This document shows, piece after piece, positions 8,103 through 17,983 of a stretch of 64,000 bases of DNA (position 1 is the stretch's first letter; every line of letters starts with the position of its first letter). Location: IMG/VR virus record IMGVR_UViG_3300020056_002227, positions 1-64,000 of that record. The stretch is one strand, 5' to 3'. The notes beneath the pieces are model-generated. The model saw nothing but the letters and a program-made list of their open reading frames with translations, was not told the DNA's origin and did not search any database. The translations under genes and the position numbers were made by a program. The stretch comes from a virus.

Positions 8103-9285
8103 ATACTTTCCTCAATGCTGTTACCAAATCATGCATCATACCGTCATCATGTAATGGTGTTGGTGTTATTCTTAATCGTTCTGTACCCACATCTACCGTG
8201 GGATAATTAATTGGTTGAATGTATAAACTATATTTATCTAGTAGTTCATCGCTTATGACCTTACATTTTTTAGCATCACCGACCATGACTGGTACAATGT
8301 GAGTACAGGCTGCATCATGTACCATGAGACCAGCGTCAAGTATCATCTGCTTGAGTGTGGTTGCTCGCTCTTGATGTTTCTCCCTTAACTCATTATGATC
8401 TTTTAAGTAGCGTATTGATGCGATGGCTCCTGCACACACGACAGGTGATGTTGATGTGGTGAAGATGAAGCCGGATGCGATTGATCGAATTGCATCAAGA
8501 ACAATACTATCACCAGCAATGTAACCACCGTGACAACCAAACGCTTTTCCAAGTGTTCCATTGATTATATCTACCCTCTTTTCTCCTATTTTCTCACAGT
8601 ATCCTGCCCCGGTATTACCGTACAGTCCTACTGCGTGTACCTCATCGATATATGTAATTGCACCATATTTTTCTGCAAGATCACATATTTCTTTAATTGG
8701 GGCTACATCCCCGTCCATACTATAAACACTTTCAAATACAATACAAGGTGTTTGGCCATCCAGTTGAGATGTTTGTAGTGCCAATTCTAGTTCTGCCATA
8801 TCATTGTGTTGCCAAATCTGCTTCGAAGCACCACTGTGTCGAATGCCTTGAATCATACTAGCATGATTCTTCGAATCACTGAGATATATCAAATTTGGTA
8901 TGATTTGGGCTAGAGCTACCAGAGACCATTCATTTGCAACATATGCAGAAGTGAATAGAACAGCGCTCTCTTTCTGGTGTAAAAGCGCCAGCTCTTTCTC
9001 TAGTGTTACGTGGAAATGAGATGTGCCACCAATGTTTCGTGTACCACCCGATCCAGCACCTGTCTTATCAAGGGCTGTGTGCATCGCATCAATTACAAAT
9101 TGATTTTGACCCATATTGAGGTAATCATTCGAACACCAATTTACTATATTCTTAGGTGCGTATTTTCCGTACCATGTGGCTCTTGGAAATTCACCTCGTG
9201 TTCTTACGATGTCGTTGAAAATTCTATATTTACCTTGATCCTTTAGATCGGTAATTACCTTCTCAAACGCCGTCTTGTTTATCAT
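8086..9285 (-). CDS. hemA: 5-aminolevulinate synthase (Shemin/C4 pathway)
   Basis: [69 protein letters not shown]. Confidence 0.95.
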   Translation of the reverse strand: MINKTAFEKVITDLKDQGKYRIFNDIVRTRGEFPRATWYGKYAPKNIVNWCSNDYLNMGQNQFVIDAMHTALDKTGAGSGGTRNIGGTSHFHVTLEKELALLHQKESAVLFTSAYVANEWSLVALAQIIPNLIYLSDSKNHASMIQGIRHSGASKQIWQHNDMAELELALQTSQLDGQTPCIVFESVYSMDGDVAPIKEICDLAEKYGAITYIDEVHAVGLYGNTGAGYCEKIGEKRVDIINGTLGKAFGCHGGYIAGDSIVLDAIRSIASGFIFTTSTSPVVCAGAIASIRYLKDHNELREKHQERATTLKQMILDAGLMVHDAACTHIVPVMVGDAKKCKVISDELLDKYSLYIQPINYPTVDVGTERLRITPTPLHDDGMMHDLVTALRKVFDEHS

Positions 9286-9643
9286 CAACCTTGTCCCAAA
9301 TATTATCGGCTGTGAACCGATATGCTCCAATACATTTGTATCGAGTCCAGTTGTCAATTAAACTCAAAAGATACTCGTTTTCTGTCTCATACAAATAATA
9401 TATATGGCCAACCTTTGGTACAAAATTATACCGAGCACGATAAACCATCTCAGTTTGTTGGGCCAACTCTACCAACTCTTCGTATTCACGATTTAGTTGA
9501 TTCAGTCTCTCTTCGAAATATTTACTAGCATTTAGACCACGTTCACTTCGAAAGAGGTCAGTGTCCGGTAATTGAATGGCCGGAGCACTGACATTCGACC
9601 CATAAGGTAAAAGACCTGGAGCACTAGGCAGCGTATGCTTCAT
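9263..9643 (-). CDS. DUF2452-like protein
   Basis: [13 protein letters not shown]...[16 protein letters not shown]; family name from memory. Confidence 0.7.
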   Translation of the reverse strand: MKHTLPSAPGLLPYGSNVSAPAIQLPDTDLFRSERGLNASKYFEERLNQLNREYEELVELAQQTEMVYRARYNFVPKVGHIYYLYETENEYLLSLIDNWTRYKCIGAYRFTADNIWDKVDDKQDGV

Positions 9644-10826
9644 CCCAGCTACCCGACAGACCTGCCACTTCATATTCAGTTACACGATTCTCAAAGAAGT
9701 TGGTATGGTCTGCTCCATTCAGAACCCATTCCAACCAGGGAAGTGGATTGTCTTTGACTCGGAAATTTGGTTTCATACCAAGTTGAATCAAACGACGGTC
9801 GGTAATATATCGAATATACTGCTTGACTTCTGATTTCTCGAGCCCCTCAATCTCACCCATCTTATATGCAAGATCGATGAACTTGTCTTCAAGCTTTACG
9901 ATCTGACGAGACATTTCATAAATCTCTGCCTTGAATTCATCGTCTACAATACGAGGATGTTCTTGGCAGAACACCTTAAACAGTTTGGAATTGCCTTCTA
10001 CATGCATGCTCTCATCACGAATCGACCATTCTACAACCTTACCCATGCCTTTCATCTTACCGAACCGTTGGAAATTCAACAGCATCACGAAAGATGCAAA
10101 GAGGGCAACACCTTCATTGAATACAGATTTGGCAAGTGCCTGACCGAGTCCTCTCATTGTATTTACGTCCGACTCCATCATGTATTCAATCTTGTCGGCC
10201 ATCTCTTTGTATTCAAGGAATGCGTGATATTCTTCAGCAGACAGACCAAGGGTCTCATTCAGTAGAGCATATGCACGTTGGTGAATACCTTCTCGTGCAG
10301 CAAAGGAAGATAGCATGTTACGGACTTCGTTGTTCTTAAACTTAGGAATGAACTGATCAAAATAATTCTGTCCTACAGCAACATCTGACTGAGTAAACAG
10401 TCTCAGGATATTCGTGATATATTCTTTTTCTACCGGAGTAATCTTGCCACCTTTCCAATCGGACACATCTTCAGATAGATCGAGCTCATCTTCAATCCAG
10501 TGTGCCTTCTCATGTCTAGTTGTGATATCGATTGCCCATGGATAATGAAAAGGCTTATAAGTTTCAGAGAATTCGAGTAGACCACCAGAAGACTTTTTAA
10601 TCAAGGTATCTGCGATTGCCATTAGATCATTATAGGTACCAATGTGCTTATCATCGATAAAGATTTGAGGTACGGATCTTACGTTTGGATACTTTTGGTA
10701 AAACGACATGCGTTGCTCTTCATCATCGAGTTTGATCTCGGTAAATGTATAATCATGCTGCCGGAACCATGCCTTTGCTTTTTCACAAAAAGGGCAGAAA
10801 GACTTAGAGTAAATTACTACTTGCAT
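9624..10826 (-). CDS. nrdB: Class Ia ribonucleotide reductase beta subunit with N-terminal glutaredoxin domain
   Basis: N-terminal CPFC..VPQIFI Grx domain; FTQSD, EGIHQRAY, EGVALFASF, RDESMH, NFFENRVTEY. Confidence 0.95.
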   Translation of the reverse strand: MQVVIYSKSFCPFCEKAKAWFRQHDYTFTEIKLDDEEQRMSFYQKYPNVRSVPQIFIDDKHIGTYNDLMAIADTLIKKSSGGLLEFSETYKPFHYPWAIDITTRHEKAHWIEDELDLSEDVSDWKGGKITPVEKEYITNILRLFTQSDVAVGQNYFDQFIPKFKNNEVRNMLSSFAAREGIHQRAYALLNETLGLSAEEYHAFLEYKEMADKIEYMMESDVNTMRGLGQALAKSVFNEGVALFASFVMLLNFQRFGKMKGMGKVVEWSIRDESMHVEGNSKLFKVFCQEHPRIVDDEFKAEIYEMSRQIVKLEDKFIDLAYKMGEIEGLEKSEVKQYIRYITDRRLIQLGMKPNFRVKDNPLPWLEWVLNGADHTNFFENRVTEYEVAGLSGSWDEAYAA

Positions 10827-10841
10827 TGGGGGATTTCCTCT

Positions 10842-11414
10842 TTATTGAGATAATTTAAAATTTGTTTGCGAATGGTGCTTTTCGTCCTGCTGGACTCTAT
10901 ACACCATGTCGTATAGTCTTGCATCGGGTTTCAGGTCATAATAATCAATTGCAAGTTTCGGTGCGGGTGTATTATCTATCTCGCCATGAGATATCATTTT
11001 CAAATAGCTCTCATAACTACGTACTGCTTCTTCTTCGAAATAATGTACCATGAGATGTGCCGTCTTAGGGAAGAAGATATAAAACACAAGATAATAATGC
11101 CAGAATATAAACTGAGCAACGAGAATCAATGCTCTTTCAAACCAATTCGGCTGTGCGATCTCAATGAAGAACATGAGATGCATTCTTTCGTTCTCGGCCT
11201 CTGCCAAGAGTTCTCGTATTTGTGGACCATATCCAGTCTTTAATTTTCTAAGACTGCGCAGATGAATCCACATGCCGGCAACCATACCAGGTACTCCGGC
11301 AATTGTTTCTAATACTACTGCTCTGTGACCATACCTCTTTGCGAAGAATGTATCAGCAAAGAATCGAAACATCTTTGTCTGACCATAGGCAAAGAAATGG
11401 CTTATCCTTGACAT
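10842..11414 (-). CDS. aox: Alternative oxidase (ubiquinol oxidase, di-iron)
   Basis: All four iron-binding motifs: LETIAGVPGMV, EAENERMHL, YFEEEA, QQDEKHH. Confidence 0.93.
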   Translation of the reverse strand: MSRISHFFAYGQTKMFRFFADTFFAKRYGHRAVVLETIAGVPGMVAGMWIHLRSLRKLKTGYGPQIRELLAEAENERMHLMFFIEIAQPNWFERALILVAQFIFWHYYLVFYIFFPKTAHLMVHYFEEEAVRSYESYLKMISHGEIDNTPAPKLAIDYYDLKPDARLYDMVYRVQQDEKHHSQTNFKLSQ

Positions 11415-13186
11415 GCAACGCACTCGTCTTGATTCTCTTCTTTACCGTTGGTAAAATTGACGGGTGCAACCAAAGAATCAAGTTTCTCTCTTTCCACCTT
11501 GGCAGATACGTTCTCAGCCTTATTAGATGTTTCGGTGCGAAGATAGTAGAGACCCTTACAACCCTGTTTCCAAGCCTCGAAATGAACCTTGTGTAGATAT
11601 GATTTAGGAGCACCAGCTGGAAAGAAAACATTCAGAGATTGACCTTGACACAGATGAGTCTGACGATCACCAGCAAGTTTAACCAACCACAACTGGTCGA
11701 GTTCAATTGCTGTCTTAAATACTTCTTTTACATGGTCAGAAAGAAAATCAAGATGTTGGACCGAACCACCAGATGTAATGATCGAAGACCAAATTTCATC
11801 TGTGTTCTTACCGAGACGTTCTAGTTCTTTCTCTAGGTAGGGGTTCTTATTCAGGTGAGATCCAACACGAGTACGAGAGGTGAACGCATTTGCTTTCCAA
11901 GGTTCGATGCTGGGAGATGTATCTACGATCATAGAAGAATTAGCATTGGGTGCAATTGCTAGCATGTGAGCATTCCGGCGACCAGTACCTTTCATATCTG
12001 GTGCTTCACCCTTCTTCTTACCCATATCCAGCGTGGCCTTAACGGCTCTTTCCTTTATCAAAGAGAAAATTTCTTCATTCTTTTCTATTGCTGCATCACT
12101 GCCAAAAGGAATCATGTGTTTTTGGAAATAAGAGTGCAGGCCCATTGCTCCAAGACCGAGAGATCTTTCACGTTCTGCACTATATCGAGCACGAGAAATT
12201 TCGTCTCCAGCATGATCGATAAAGAACTGTAATACATTATCGAGGTAGATAATTAGATCTTCAATCATGGTGGTATCTTTCCAGTCATCGTATTTTTCTA
12301 CATTCACGGATGACAGACAGCATACAGCAGTACGTTCTTCGTTGGTGACAAGATGAATTTCATTACACAAATTCGAACCACGAATTTTCAGGCCCATATC
12401 TTGTTGTGTTTGAGGAAGAGCACGATTTGCTGTATCAATGAAATTCAGATAAGGTTCACCTGTTCGATATCGAGTCTCCAATAGATGTTCCCACAATTTA
12501 CGAGCCTTCATGGTATCTCTTACTGTACCGTCATCTGGATCAATTAGATCCCAATCCGCACCAGACTGAACTGCCTCCATAAACTTATCGGTGATATTTA
12601 CGGCGTGATGTAGGTTCAAATTTTTACGATTTACATCTCCAGTAGGAATCCGCATATTCACGAACTCGATGATATCTGGATGATCACAGTCAATATACGC
12701 CGCATAAGAGCCCTTTCTTGTGCGTCCCTGGCGGTACGCTACCATATCCGCATCAACGGTATGTAAGAACGGCATCGGACCAGGAGCCTTTTTGGATACT
12801 GCTCTTACGTCAGACCAGTGGCCACCAACACCCCCACCTTTAACCGACAACCATCTCAGCTCTGCACTATGGTCGATCAACCCTTCTAGGGAATCGGGAA
12901 CATATGTCAAGAAACACGAGATAGGTAATGCCTTTACTGGTTCACCCTTAACAGGTGCATTAGAAAGGACTGGAGAGGCAAACATGAACCAACCCTTAGA
13001 AACATAATCATAGATTCGTTGCGCTAACTTCAAATCACCATAAGAATATGCCACTGCAGCCCTTGCAAATGCTTGCTGGGGACTCTTCTCATCTTCACGA
13101 CAATAATAATCCTTTAACAGTTTCGATGATTGCTCTGACAGTAACTTGTTTCTCTTGTTATCGATTTGGATTCCAAGGTGATCCAT
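11402..13186 (-). CDS. nrdA: Class Ia ribonucleotide reductase alpha subunit
   Basis: PISCF, GSNLCNEI, VCCLSS, IAPNANSS, KGLYYLR, C-terminal CVAC. Confidence 0.97.
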   Translation of the reverse strand: MDHLGIQIDNKRNKLLSEQSSKLLKDYYCREDEKSPQQAFARAAVAYSYGDLKLAQRIYDYVSKGWFMFASPVLSNAPVKGEPVKALPISCFLTYVPDSLEGLIDHSAELRWLSVKGGGVGGHWSDVRAVSKKAPGPMPFLHTVDADMVAYRQGRTRKGSYAAYIDCDHPDIIEFVNMRIPTGDVNRKNLNLHHAVNITDKFMEAVQSGADWDLIDPDDGTVRDTMKARKLWEHLLETRYRTGEPYLNFIDTANRALPQTQQDMGLKIRGSNLCNEIHLVTNEERTAVCCLSSVNVEKYDDWKDTTMIEDLIIYLDNVLQFFIDHAGDEISRARYSAERERSLGLGAMGLHSYFQKHMIPFGSDAAIEKNEEIFSLIKERAVKATLDMGKKKGEAPDMKGTGRRNAHMLAIAPNANSSMIVDTSPSIEPWKANAFTSRTRVGSHLNKNPYLEKELERLGKNTDEIWSSIITSGGSVQHLDFLSDHVKEVFKTAIELDQLWLVKLAGDRQTHLCQGQSLNVFFPAGAPKSYLHKVHFEAWKQGCKGLYYLRTETSNKAENVSAKVEREKLDSLVAPVNFTNGKEENQDECVACQG

Positions 13187-13195
13187 GATTGCTCC

Positions 13196-13864
13196 TTATT
13201 CGGTTACGTAATCTTTCGCAAGAGGAAAGATATGGTGAATTGCCGCGGCACAAGCACGCGCAAGTTCCATGTGTTCTTTTTGAGTACCATTTGCACTTCG
13301 GAGTTCAATATAGTGAATCCAAGAGCGAATGGTTCCATTGACATAAAGACGAGAGACAGTCAGTCCTTCAGGTAATACTGCCCGGGCTTGTTCTTTAGCG
13401 ATACCATTATCGATAGCCCATTTATATAGTTCTTTAACCTTGTGAATGAGTTCCATCTGTCTCATGTTCCATTTTTCATACAGTCGAGGATCATTAGTAG
13501 CAATAGAATTCTGTCGATTCTTGGGGTCTTGTAATCTTGCCTCTCTAGTTACAAATTCCAAATCTTCAGTGGGGTCTGCATAACGTTGACTGAATTCTTG
13601 GAAACTAAAACTACGATGCCTTATTAGCTGTCTTGCAATATCTCTTGTAGTTTCTACCTCGAGACACGCACTAGCCATTTCAAATGGCGACCAGTGTTTG
13701 TGTTTTGCAAGATACTTTAAAAGCTTTTCACTTGTTTCAGTATTGTATTGATTTGCAGGGTTACTGACTCGAGCACAGAAAGCAATCAAGTCTTGTATAT
13801 CGGATATCCCTTCAGAATCCATTAATCTAGTTGGTTGACTGTAACTAATCAACTTCACATTCAT
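13196..13864 (-). CDS. thyX: Flavin-dependent thymidylate synthase
   Basis: HWSPFE, RQLIRHRSFSFQEFSQRY, EQARAVLP. Confidence 0.97.
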   Translation of the reverse strand: MNVKLISYSQPTRLMDSEGISDIQDLIAFCARVSNPANQYNTETSEKLLKYLAKHKHWSPFEMASACLEVETTRDIARQLIRHRSFSFQEFSQRYADPTEDLEFVTREARLQDPKNRQNSIATNDPRLYEKWNMRQMELIHKVKELYKWAIDNGIAKEQARAVLPEGLTVSRLYVNGTIRSWIHYIELRSANGTQKEHMELARACAAAIHHIFPLAKDYVTE

Positions 13865-13867
13865 TAT

Positions 13868-14887
13868 CTAAGTCCTTTTCCATTGTTGTAGTTTGAGTTT
13901 TGCCTCAAGGCCAGAGTATATATTCGACCTAATAATACTTCCAACATCCGTGCATCCATTGAGTATCATTTCATTAATATCCTTGCCTGGTACATCATGT
14001 GGCCAAATACAAATTTTATATCCCTGTTCAATGACCTTTTCCATGCGTTTGTGGATTTCTTTATTACGAGGTTCTGCATCGAATACAAATACGGCTTTCT
14101 CTTTCGCATTTTTTAGAGCTGAAGTGTTTCCGTCCGCTCCGGCCATAGCCACGGCGTTACGTAAGAAAAAGCTATCGATAGCACCTTCAACCACGTAGTA
14201 CTGTCTACTAAAATCAACTGTGTCTAGGCCAAAGATCTTAGGTCGTTCATCAAACATAATTGTAAGATATCGGACCCCATTGGGATCAAAGCCTCGGGCA
14301 GATACACCGAAGACATTTTTGTCTTCATCGAAAAATGGTATCACCAATCGTGGTTCGTCTCTATCTACGTTTTCGAATTTATTTGGGATGATTGAGTTAA
14401 TCCATCCTTTGAACTTGTTTACGTAATAGAGTCTGTAGTGCTGATTCGGAGGAATCTGCCTCTGGTTTATATATCTTTTGACTGGATGATTCCATTGGAG
14501 TTGACTGATTTTTTTGATGGTTTTTAGTGGATTATTTTTCTTGTTGAATTTTGGCTTTGCAGTCTTGAATTTATCATCTGGAGTAGTCGAGATTGAGTTG
14601 TTAGCTTTCTTGATGAACTTCTCAGCCACATAATCGTTATACATCATAGGGTCTTGGCCCTTAAGGAAGAACGAGAATGATTGACTTGCACCACAATTGT
14701 GGCAGTAATAAAGAAGGCTGTTATCTTTCTCTAGAAGCCAACCTCGGGCCTTAGACCGAGATTTTTGAGAGTCGCCGCAGATAGGGCAACGGAAATTGAT
14801 CTTATAGGGATTGGTAGATCGAATCTTAAAGTTTTCCAACCGACCCGACAATAGTTGGGCGTATTGGATATCAACGAAATCAAGCAT
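13868..14887 (-). CDS. DNA primase (gp61)
   Basis: RCPICGDS..K.RG..YCHNCG Zn finger, EGAIDS TOPRIM, KDINEM. Confidence 0.95.
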   Translation of the reverse strand: MLDFVDIQYAQLLSGRLENFKIRSTNPYKINFRCPICGDSQKSRSKARGWLLEKDNSLLYYCHNCGASQSFSFFLKGQDPMMYNDYVAEKFIKKANNSISTTPDDKFKTAKPKFNKKNNPLKTIKKISQLQWNHPVKRYINQRQIPPNQHYRLYYVNKFKGWINSIIPNKFENVDRDEPRLVIPFFDEDKNVFGVSARGFDPNGVRYLTIMFDERPKIFGLDTVDFSRQYYVVEGAIDSFFLRNAVAMAGADGNTSALKNAKEKAVFVFDAEPRNKEIHKRMEKVIEQGYKICIWPHDVPGKDINEMILNGCTDVGSIIRSNIYSGLEAKLKLQQWKRT

Positions 14888-14922
14888 AATAAAGGGCCTA
14901 ATAGGGTTTAGTCTATAAGGTT

Positions 14923-14951
14923 ATTTTATCATGTTTGTTGGGGAATGTCAA
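14923..14951 (-). promoter_or_regulatory. sigma70-type promoter for the primase-thyX-nrd block
   Basis: TTGACA-N17-TAAAAT with extended TG. Confidence 0.8.
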
Positions 14952-15433
14952 CCTATAATTGAAACAAAATGTTCAAGACCCAAAAATGCAACGGCACCAC
15001 CCAAACCCATGAGGTAATACTTCCAATGCTCAAGTGATCGGAGCCGAGAACCGTGATCATCTAGTTTAGAAGAGAGCTCTATGGATAGTGCCTCTACCTT
15101 TTCTAAGATAGCTTCATCGTGCTTGAGTCTTTGCTTTGCATTATGTTCTGCAAGCTGTTTGTGGTCTCTACGAGAGGATTCTCTATACTCTTCTAGCTTC
15201 TTAGACATTTCTACGACACGGGCTTCATCTTCTTTACGATGTGTCTCAATTCTTTCTTCGAGGTCGTCGAGCTTCTCGGTTGCAATCTTAAGGACCTCTT
15301 CCTGTACAGCAGTCATTTTGGAAACGTCAATTAGTTTCTCCATGCTGCCTTCTACTTTGGAAAAGAAATTCTCAATTTGCTTGATATCTTTCTTAATAAG
15401 GGCAATATCAGTTTTTAAGTCTGATTCAGCCAC
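14948..15433 (-). CDS. Coiled-coil protein with C-terminal TM helix
   Basis: GAGGAG RBS, GTG start; heptads then RLRSLEHWKYYLMGLGGAVAFL. Confidence 0.75.
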   Translation of the reverse strand: MAESDLKTDIALIKKDIKQIENFFSKVEGSMEKLIDVSKMTAVQEEVLKIATEKLDDLEERIETHRKEDEARVVEMSKKLEEYRESSRRDHKQLAEHNAKQRLKHDEAILEKVEALSIELSSKLDDHGSRLRSLEHWKYYLMGLGGAVAFLGLEHFVSIIG

Positions 15434-15512
15434 CTTAAACTCCTCTTAGTTCAGTACCAAAATCATTTTGGTAACCTAGCTATTTATTTTGGAGTAAAAC
15501 TGAATATTCTTA

Positions 15513-15541
15513 ATTATAATACATTTAAGAGAAAATGTCAA
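15513..15541 (-). promoter_or_regulatory. sigma70-type promoter
   Basis: TTGACA-N17-TATAAT. Confidence 0.8.
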
Positions 15542-15549
15542 CAATTTTT

Positions 15550-16293
15550 CTAACCGTGTGCACTGGGTCGATTAGCAAAGTATATCATGAATTCTCTGGG
15601 AAGTGGGTTACCATATTGCTTGTTTATGATAAGATCGTCATTCCAGATAGACTGTTTGATGTGATGATTTTGAAATCTGACCTTACCTTCATCCCAATAA
15701 GGTTTGAAAAACTCATTACGGAACTTCATAAAATCTTCAGCACCAGTATCTGAGTGAGCACGATGAATCTCTAGTGCTATGAAGCTCACATTTTTCTGTA
15801 TCCACTCAAGATTTTCTTTTGTCAGTATGTCGTATTCTCCACCTTCGCAGTCAATCTTCAGAAAATCGATGTGTTCAATTTCATAATACTCAATGAATTC
15901 TTTGAATGTGAGTTTCTGAAAGTCTTCAGCATCTTGGGGTTGATAAATGTGATTTATGTGTTCTTTATTGTTCATGATAGCAGCATGAACAGGAACGACA
16001 GGTGATTGCTTTGCATTGATCACGTAATCGTCGACGTTTTTCATTGCCGTTCGTAACAGTGAACGATTGGGTTCAATCGAATAAACCTTGCTTGCACCAA
16101 GATCAAGAGCGTGCGCAGTAAACATTCCTATACAAGCTCCAACATCAACTACAACATCACCCGGCCGAACTTTATCCCACCAGTCGTAGTCCATAGAGTG
16201 AAAAAATTCATGGCGCATATTTGAAATATGATCCAGGCCAATATTACCTGTATCCATATTCTTATTGAGTGCCTTTCGATTTACGTGGGTCAT
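15550..16293 (-). CDS. FkbM-family methyltransferase
   Basis: VVDVGACIGMF, YSIEPN, FLKIDCEGGEY. Confidence 0.9.
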   Translation of the reverse strand: MTHVNRKALNKNMDTGNIGLDHISNMRHEFFHSMDYDWWDKVRPGDVVVDVGACIGMFTAHALDLGASKVYSIEPNRSLLRTAMKNVDDYVINAKQSPVVPVHAAIMNNKEHINHIYQPQDAEDFQKLTFKEFIEYYEIEHIDFLKIDCEGGEYDILTKENLEWIQKNVSFIALEIHRAHSDTGAEDFMKFRNEFFKPYWDEGKVRFQNHHIKQSIWNDDLIINKQYGNPLPREFMIYFANRPSAHG

Positions 16294-16311
16294 AATAAAA
16301 AGTTTCCTATA

Positions 16312-16467
16312 TTATTCTTTCTTTTCTTCATCAGGGGGAGGCGGGAGACATATTTCACCTCTAGCATTGCCCCAACCATCAGTGGGTAATCTACCACTTA
16401 TATTCACATCAAAACAGGGGGTGGACGCGCATCCAGTGAGGAATACGAGAAGAATACAATATTTCAT
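16312..16467 (-). CDS. Small lipoprotein (51 aa)
   Basis: MKYCILLVFLTGC lipobox; ATGA overlap with the o-spanin stop. Confidence 0.65.
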   Translation of the reverse strand: MKYCILLVFLTGCASTPCFDVNISGRLPTDGWGNARGEICLPPPPDEEKKE

Positions 16468-17024
16468 TTCTCTTCTTTGGCCGCAGCCTCTTCCTCTTTC
16501 GGCTTCTTGGTAGTCACCTCTTTATAATAGACAATGACTTCTCCCAATTCACGAATATATCGTCTGAGTTCTTGCACATTACCAGACATTAATTCATAAT
16601 CTTTTACCGTAGAGGCTACAAAAAGAATATCACCACCAGTGGCGACCTTGATATCATCGATGAATTTATCTAGGTAGGTGTATCCTTCTGGCTGATTTGG
16701 ATTTTCTTTCTCTTCCTGAGAGCAGGCCTTCGGTCTTCTCAGTTGAGGTTCACCATCATCCTTGAGCAGAGGCTCTCCGTTATCATCCAGACGAGGAACC
16801 TGTTTACAAGGGTTGGGGACAAACGCCTCAGAAACGACGTACCACGTTGGGCTTTGGAGGTTGATGGGTCGGGGCATCGTGGGTTGGATGATTTCAATCT
16901 CCACTGGTTTGCTTACAACTTGTATTACCTTTTCTGGTTCAGCACCAAAACCCCATTTACCAAGTATCGAACAACCACTAATTAGACTGGCTGTCGTTAA
17001 GAGCAGCAATACCCTTGCTATCAT
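16464..17024 (-). CDS. Outer-membrane spanin-like lipoprotein
   Basis: LISGC lipobox, Pro-rich, C-terminal DYELMSGNVQELRRYI; overlaps the i-spanin end. Confidence 0.7.
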   Translation of the reverse strand: MIARVLLLLTTASLISGCSILGKWGFGAEPEKVIQVVSKPVEIEIIQPTMPRPINLQSPTWYVVSEAFVPNPCKQVPRLDDNGEPLLKDDGEPQLRRPKACSQEEKENPNQPEGYTYLDKFIDDIKVATGGDILFVASTVKDYELMSGNVQELRRYIRELGEVIVYYKEVTTKKPKEEEAAAKEEK

Positions 17025-17379
17025 TCTCAATCTCCTCAAAAATCTTCTTAGTGCCGTTATTCATACGATTCGCAACCAATCCAGGTTTCATCAATGCCAG
17101 TTTATCAAGATTATGGCGTTGAAAGATAGCCATATAACGGTCTTTCTCTGCATTGATTTCTGAATTACGTTGCTGTAGATTGGTAAGGGCAGCTGCCTGT
17201 TGCTCGAAAGATTCTTTCATTGCAGTCATTGCAGCCTGCTGTTCTTCTATTGCCCCTTCGAGTTTCGATACATTGCCTTTTAGAATGGCGTTATTTGCTT
17301 CTAGGATTTGGTTCTGTTGATAAAACCAACCAGCGGCTCCACCCAAAGCAATTATAATTACAAAGAAAATTTGATACAT
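16978..17379 (-). CDS. Inner-membrane spanin-like protein
   Basis: N-terminal TM plus long coiled coil; KPGLVANRMNNGTK. Confidence 0.75.
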   Translation of the reverse strand: MYQIFFVIIIALGGAAGWFYQQNQILEANNAILKGNVSKLEGAIEEQQAAMTAMKESFEQQAAALTNLQQRNSEINAEKDRYMAIFQRHNLDKLALMKPGLVANRMNNGTKKIFEEIENDSKGIAALNDSQSN

Positions 17380-17681
17380 TATTCTTCCTCAATACGGTAA
17401 TTCAGGCCAGCATTTGCCTTAAAATTAACAGCCTTTTTGTCAGCCGTGATAAAATTAAGTTCTTTCCATGTTTGTTTGGTGATTACTGGAACATTCTCAT
17501 ACACGACATCATCTGAATTGCCAAATTTAGAATCATAAGATACAGTGATCTTATAGGTGGGCTTAGTTGTCCACCACTTCCAAACCCAGCCAATCGCTTT
17601 GAACGGGGCAGTAACGATAGTTACAAACCCCGTCCAAATGGCCTTAAAGGCCTGTATTACCTTTTGCTTCAAATTAGACAT
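17379..17681 (-). CDS. Hypothetical protein
   Basis: 100 aa, TAATG-coupled to the i-spanin. Confidence 0.7.
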   Translation of the reverse strand: MSNLKQKVIQAFKAIWTGFVTIVTAPFKAIGWVWKWWTTKPTYKITVSYDSKFGNSDDVVYENVPVITKQTWKELNFITADKKAVNFKANAGLNYRIEEE

Positions 17682-17695
17682 AACGATAAGATGAA

Positions 17696-17944
17696 TTACT
17701 TCTTAGACTTTTTAGACTCTTCTTTCTCGTCTTCGTCTTCGTCGTCATCAGACTCGTCTTCGGCTTCAGCCTCTTCCTCGTCCTCATCTTCCTCTTCTTC
17801 ATCTTCCATTTCTTTCTTCATCTTCGCCTTGTACTTCTCTTCAAGAGCAGCAGCAATACGAGTAGCAACTTCCTCTTCGAAAGCCTCTTTCATTTGAACT
17901 GGATTCTCATTGAGAGCCTCAGAAACAATCTTCTTAACTGACAT
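17696..17944 (-). CDS. Acidic prohead core/internal protein (gp67-like)
   Basis: Late promoter upstream; D/E tract; AGGAG RBS. Confidence 0.6.
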   Translation of the reverse strand: MSVKKIVSEALNENPVQMKEAFEEEVATRIAAALEEKYKAKMKKEMEDEEEEDEDEEEAEAEDESDDDEDEDEKEESKKSKK

Positions 17945-17975
17945 GATTTTCTCCTTTAAATTAAATTTAGTTTAT

Positions 17976-17983
17976 TATTTATA
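17976..17983 (-). promoter_or_regulatory. T4-type late promoter
   Basis: TATAAATA. Confidence 0.75.

Noticed and set aside
4065-11414. Host chromosomal contamination explaining glyA/hemA/aox
   Set aside because: These genes overlap or abut phage-type genes (ligase, nrdAB, small hypotheticals) on the same strand with similar composition; read-level confirmation was not possible
17664-17897. Poly-Ser ORF and apparent trinucleotide repeat
   Set aside because: Antisense shadow of the D/E tract in 17696-17944
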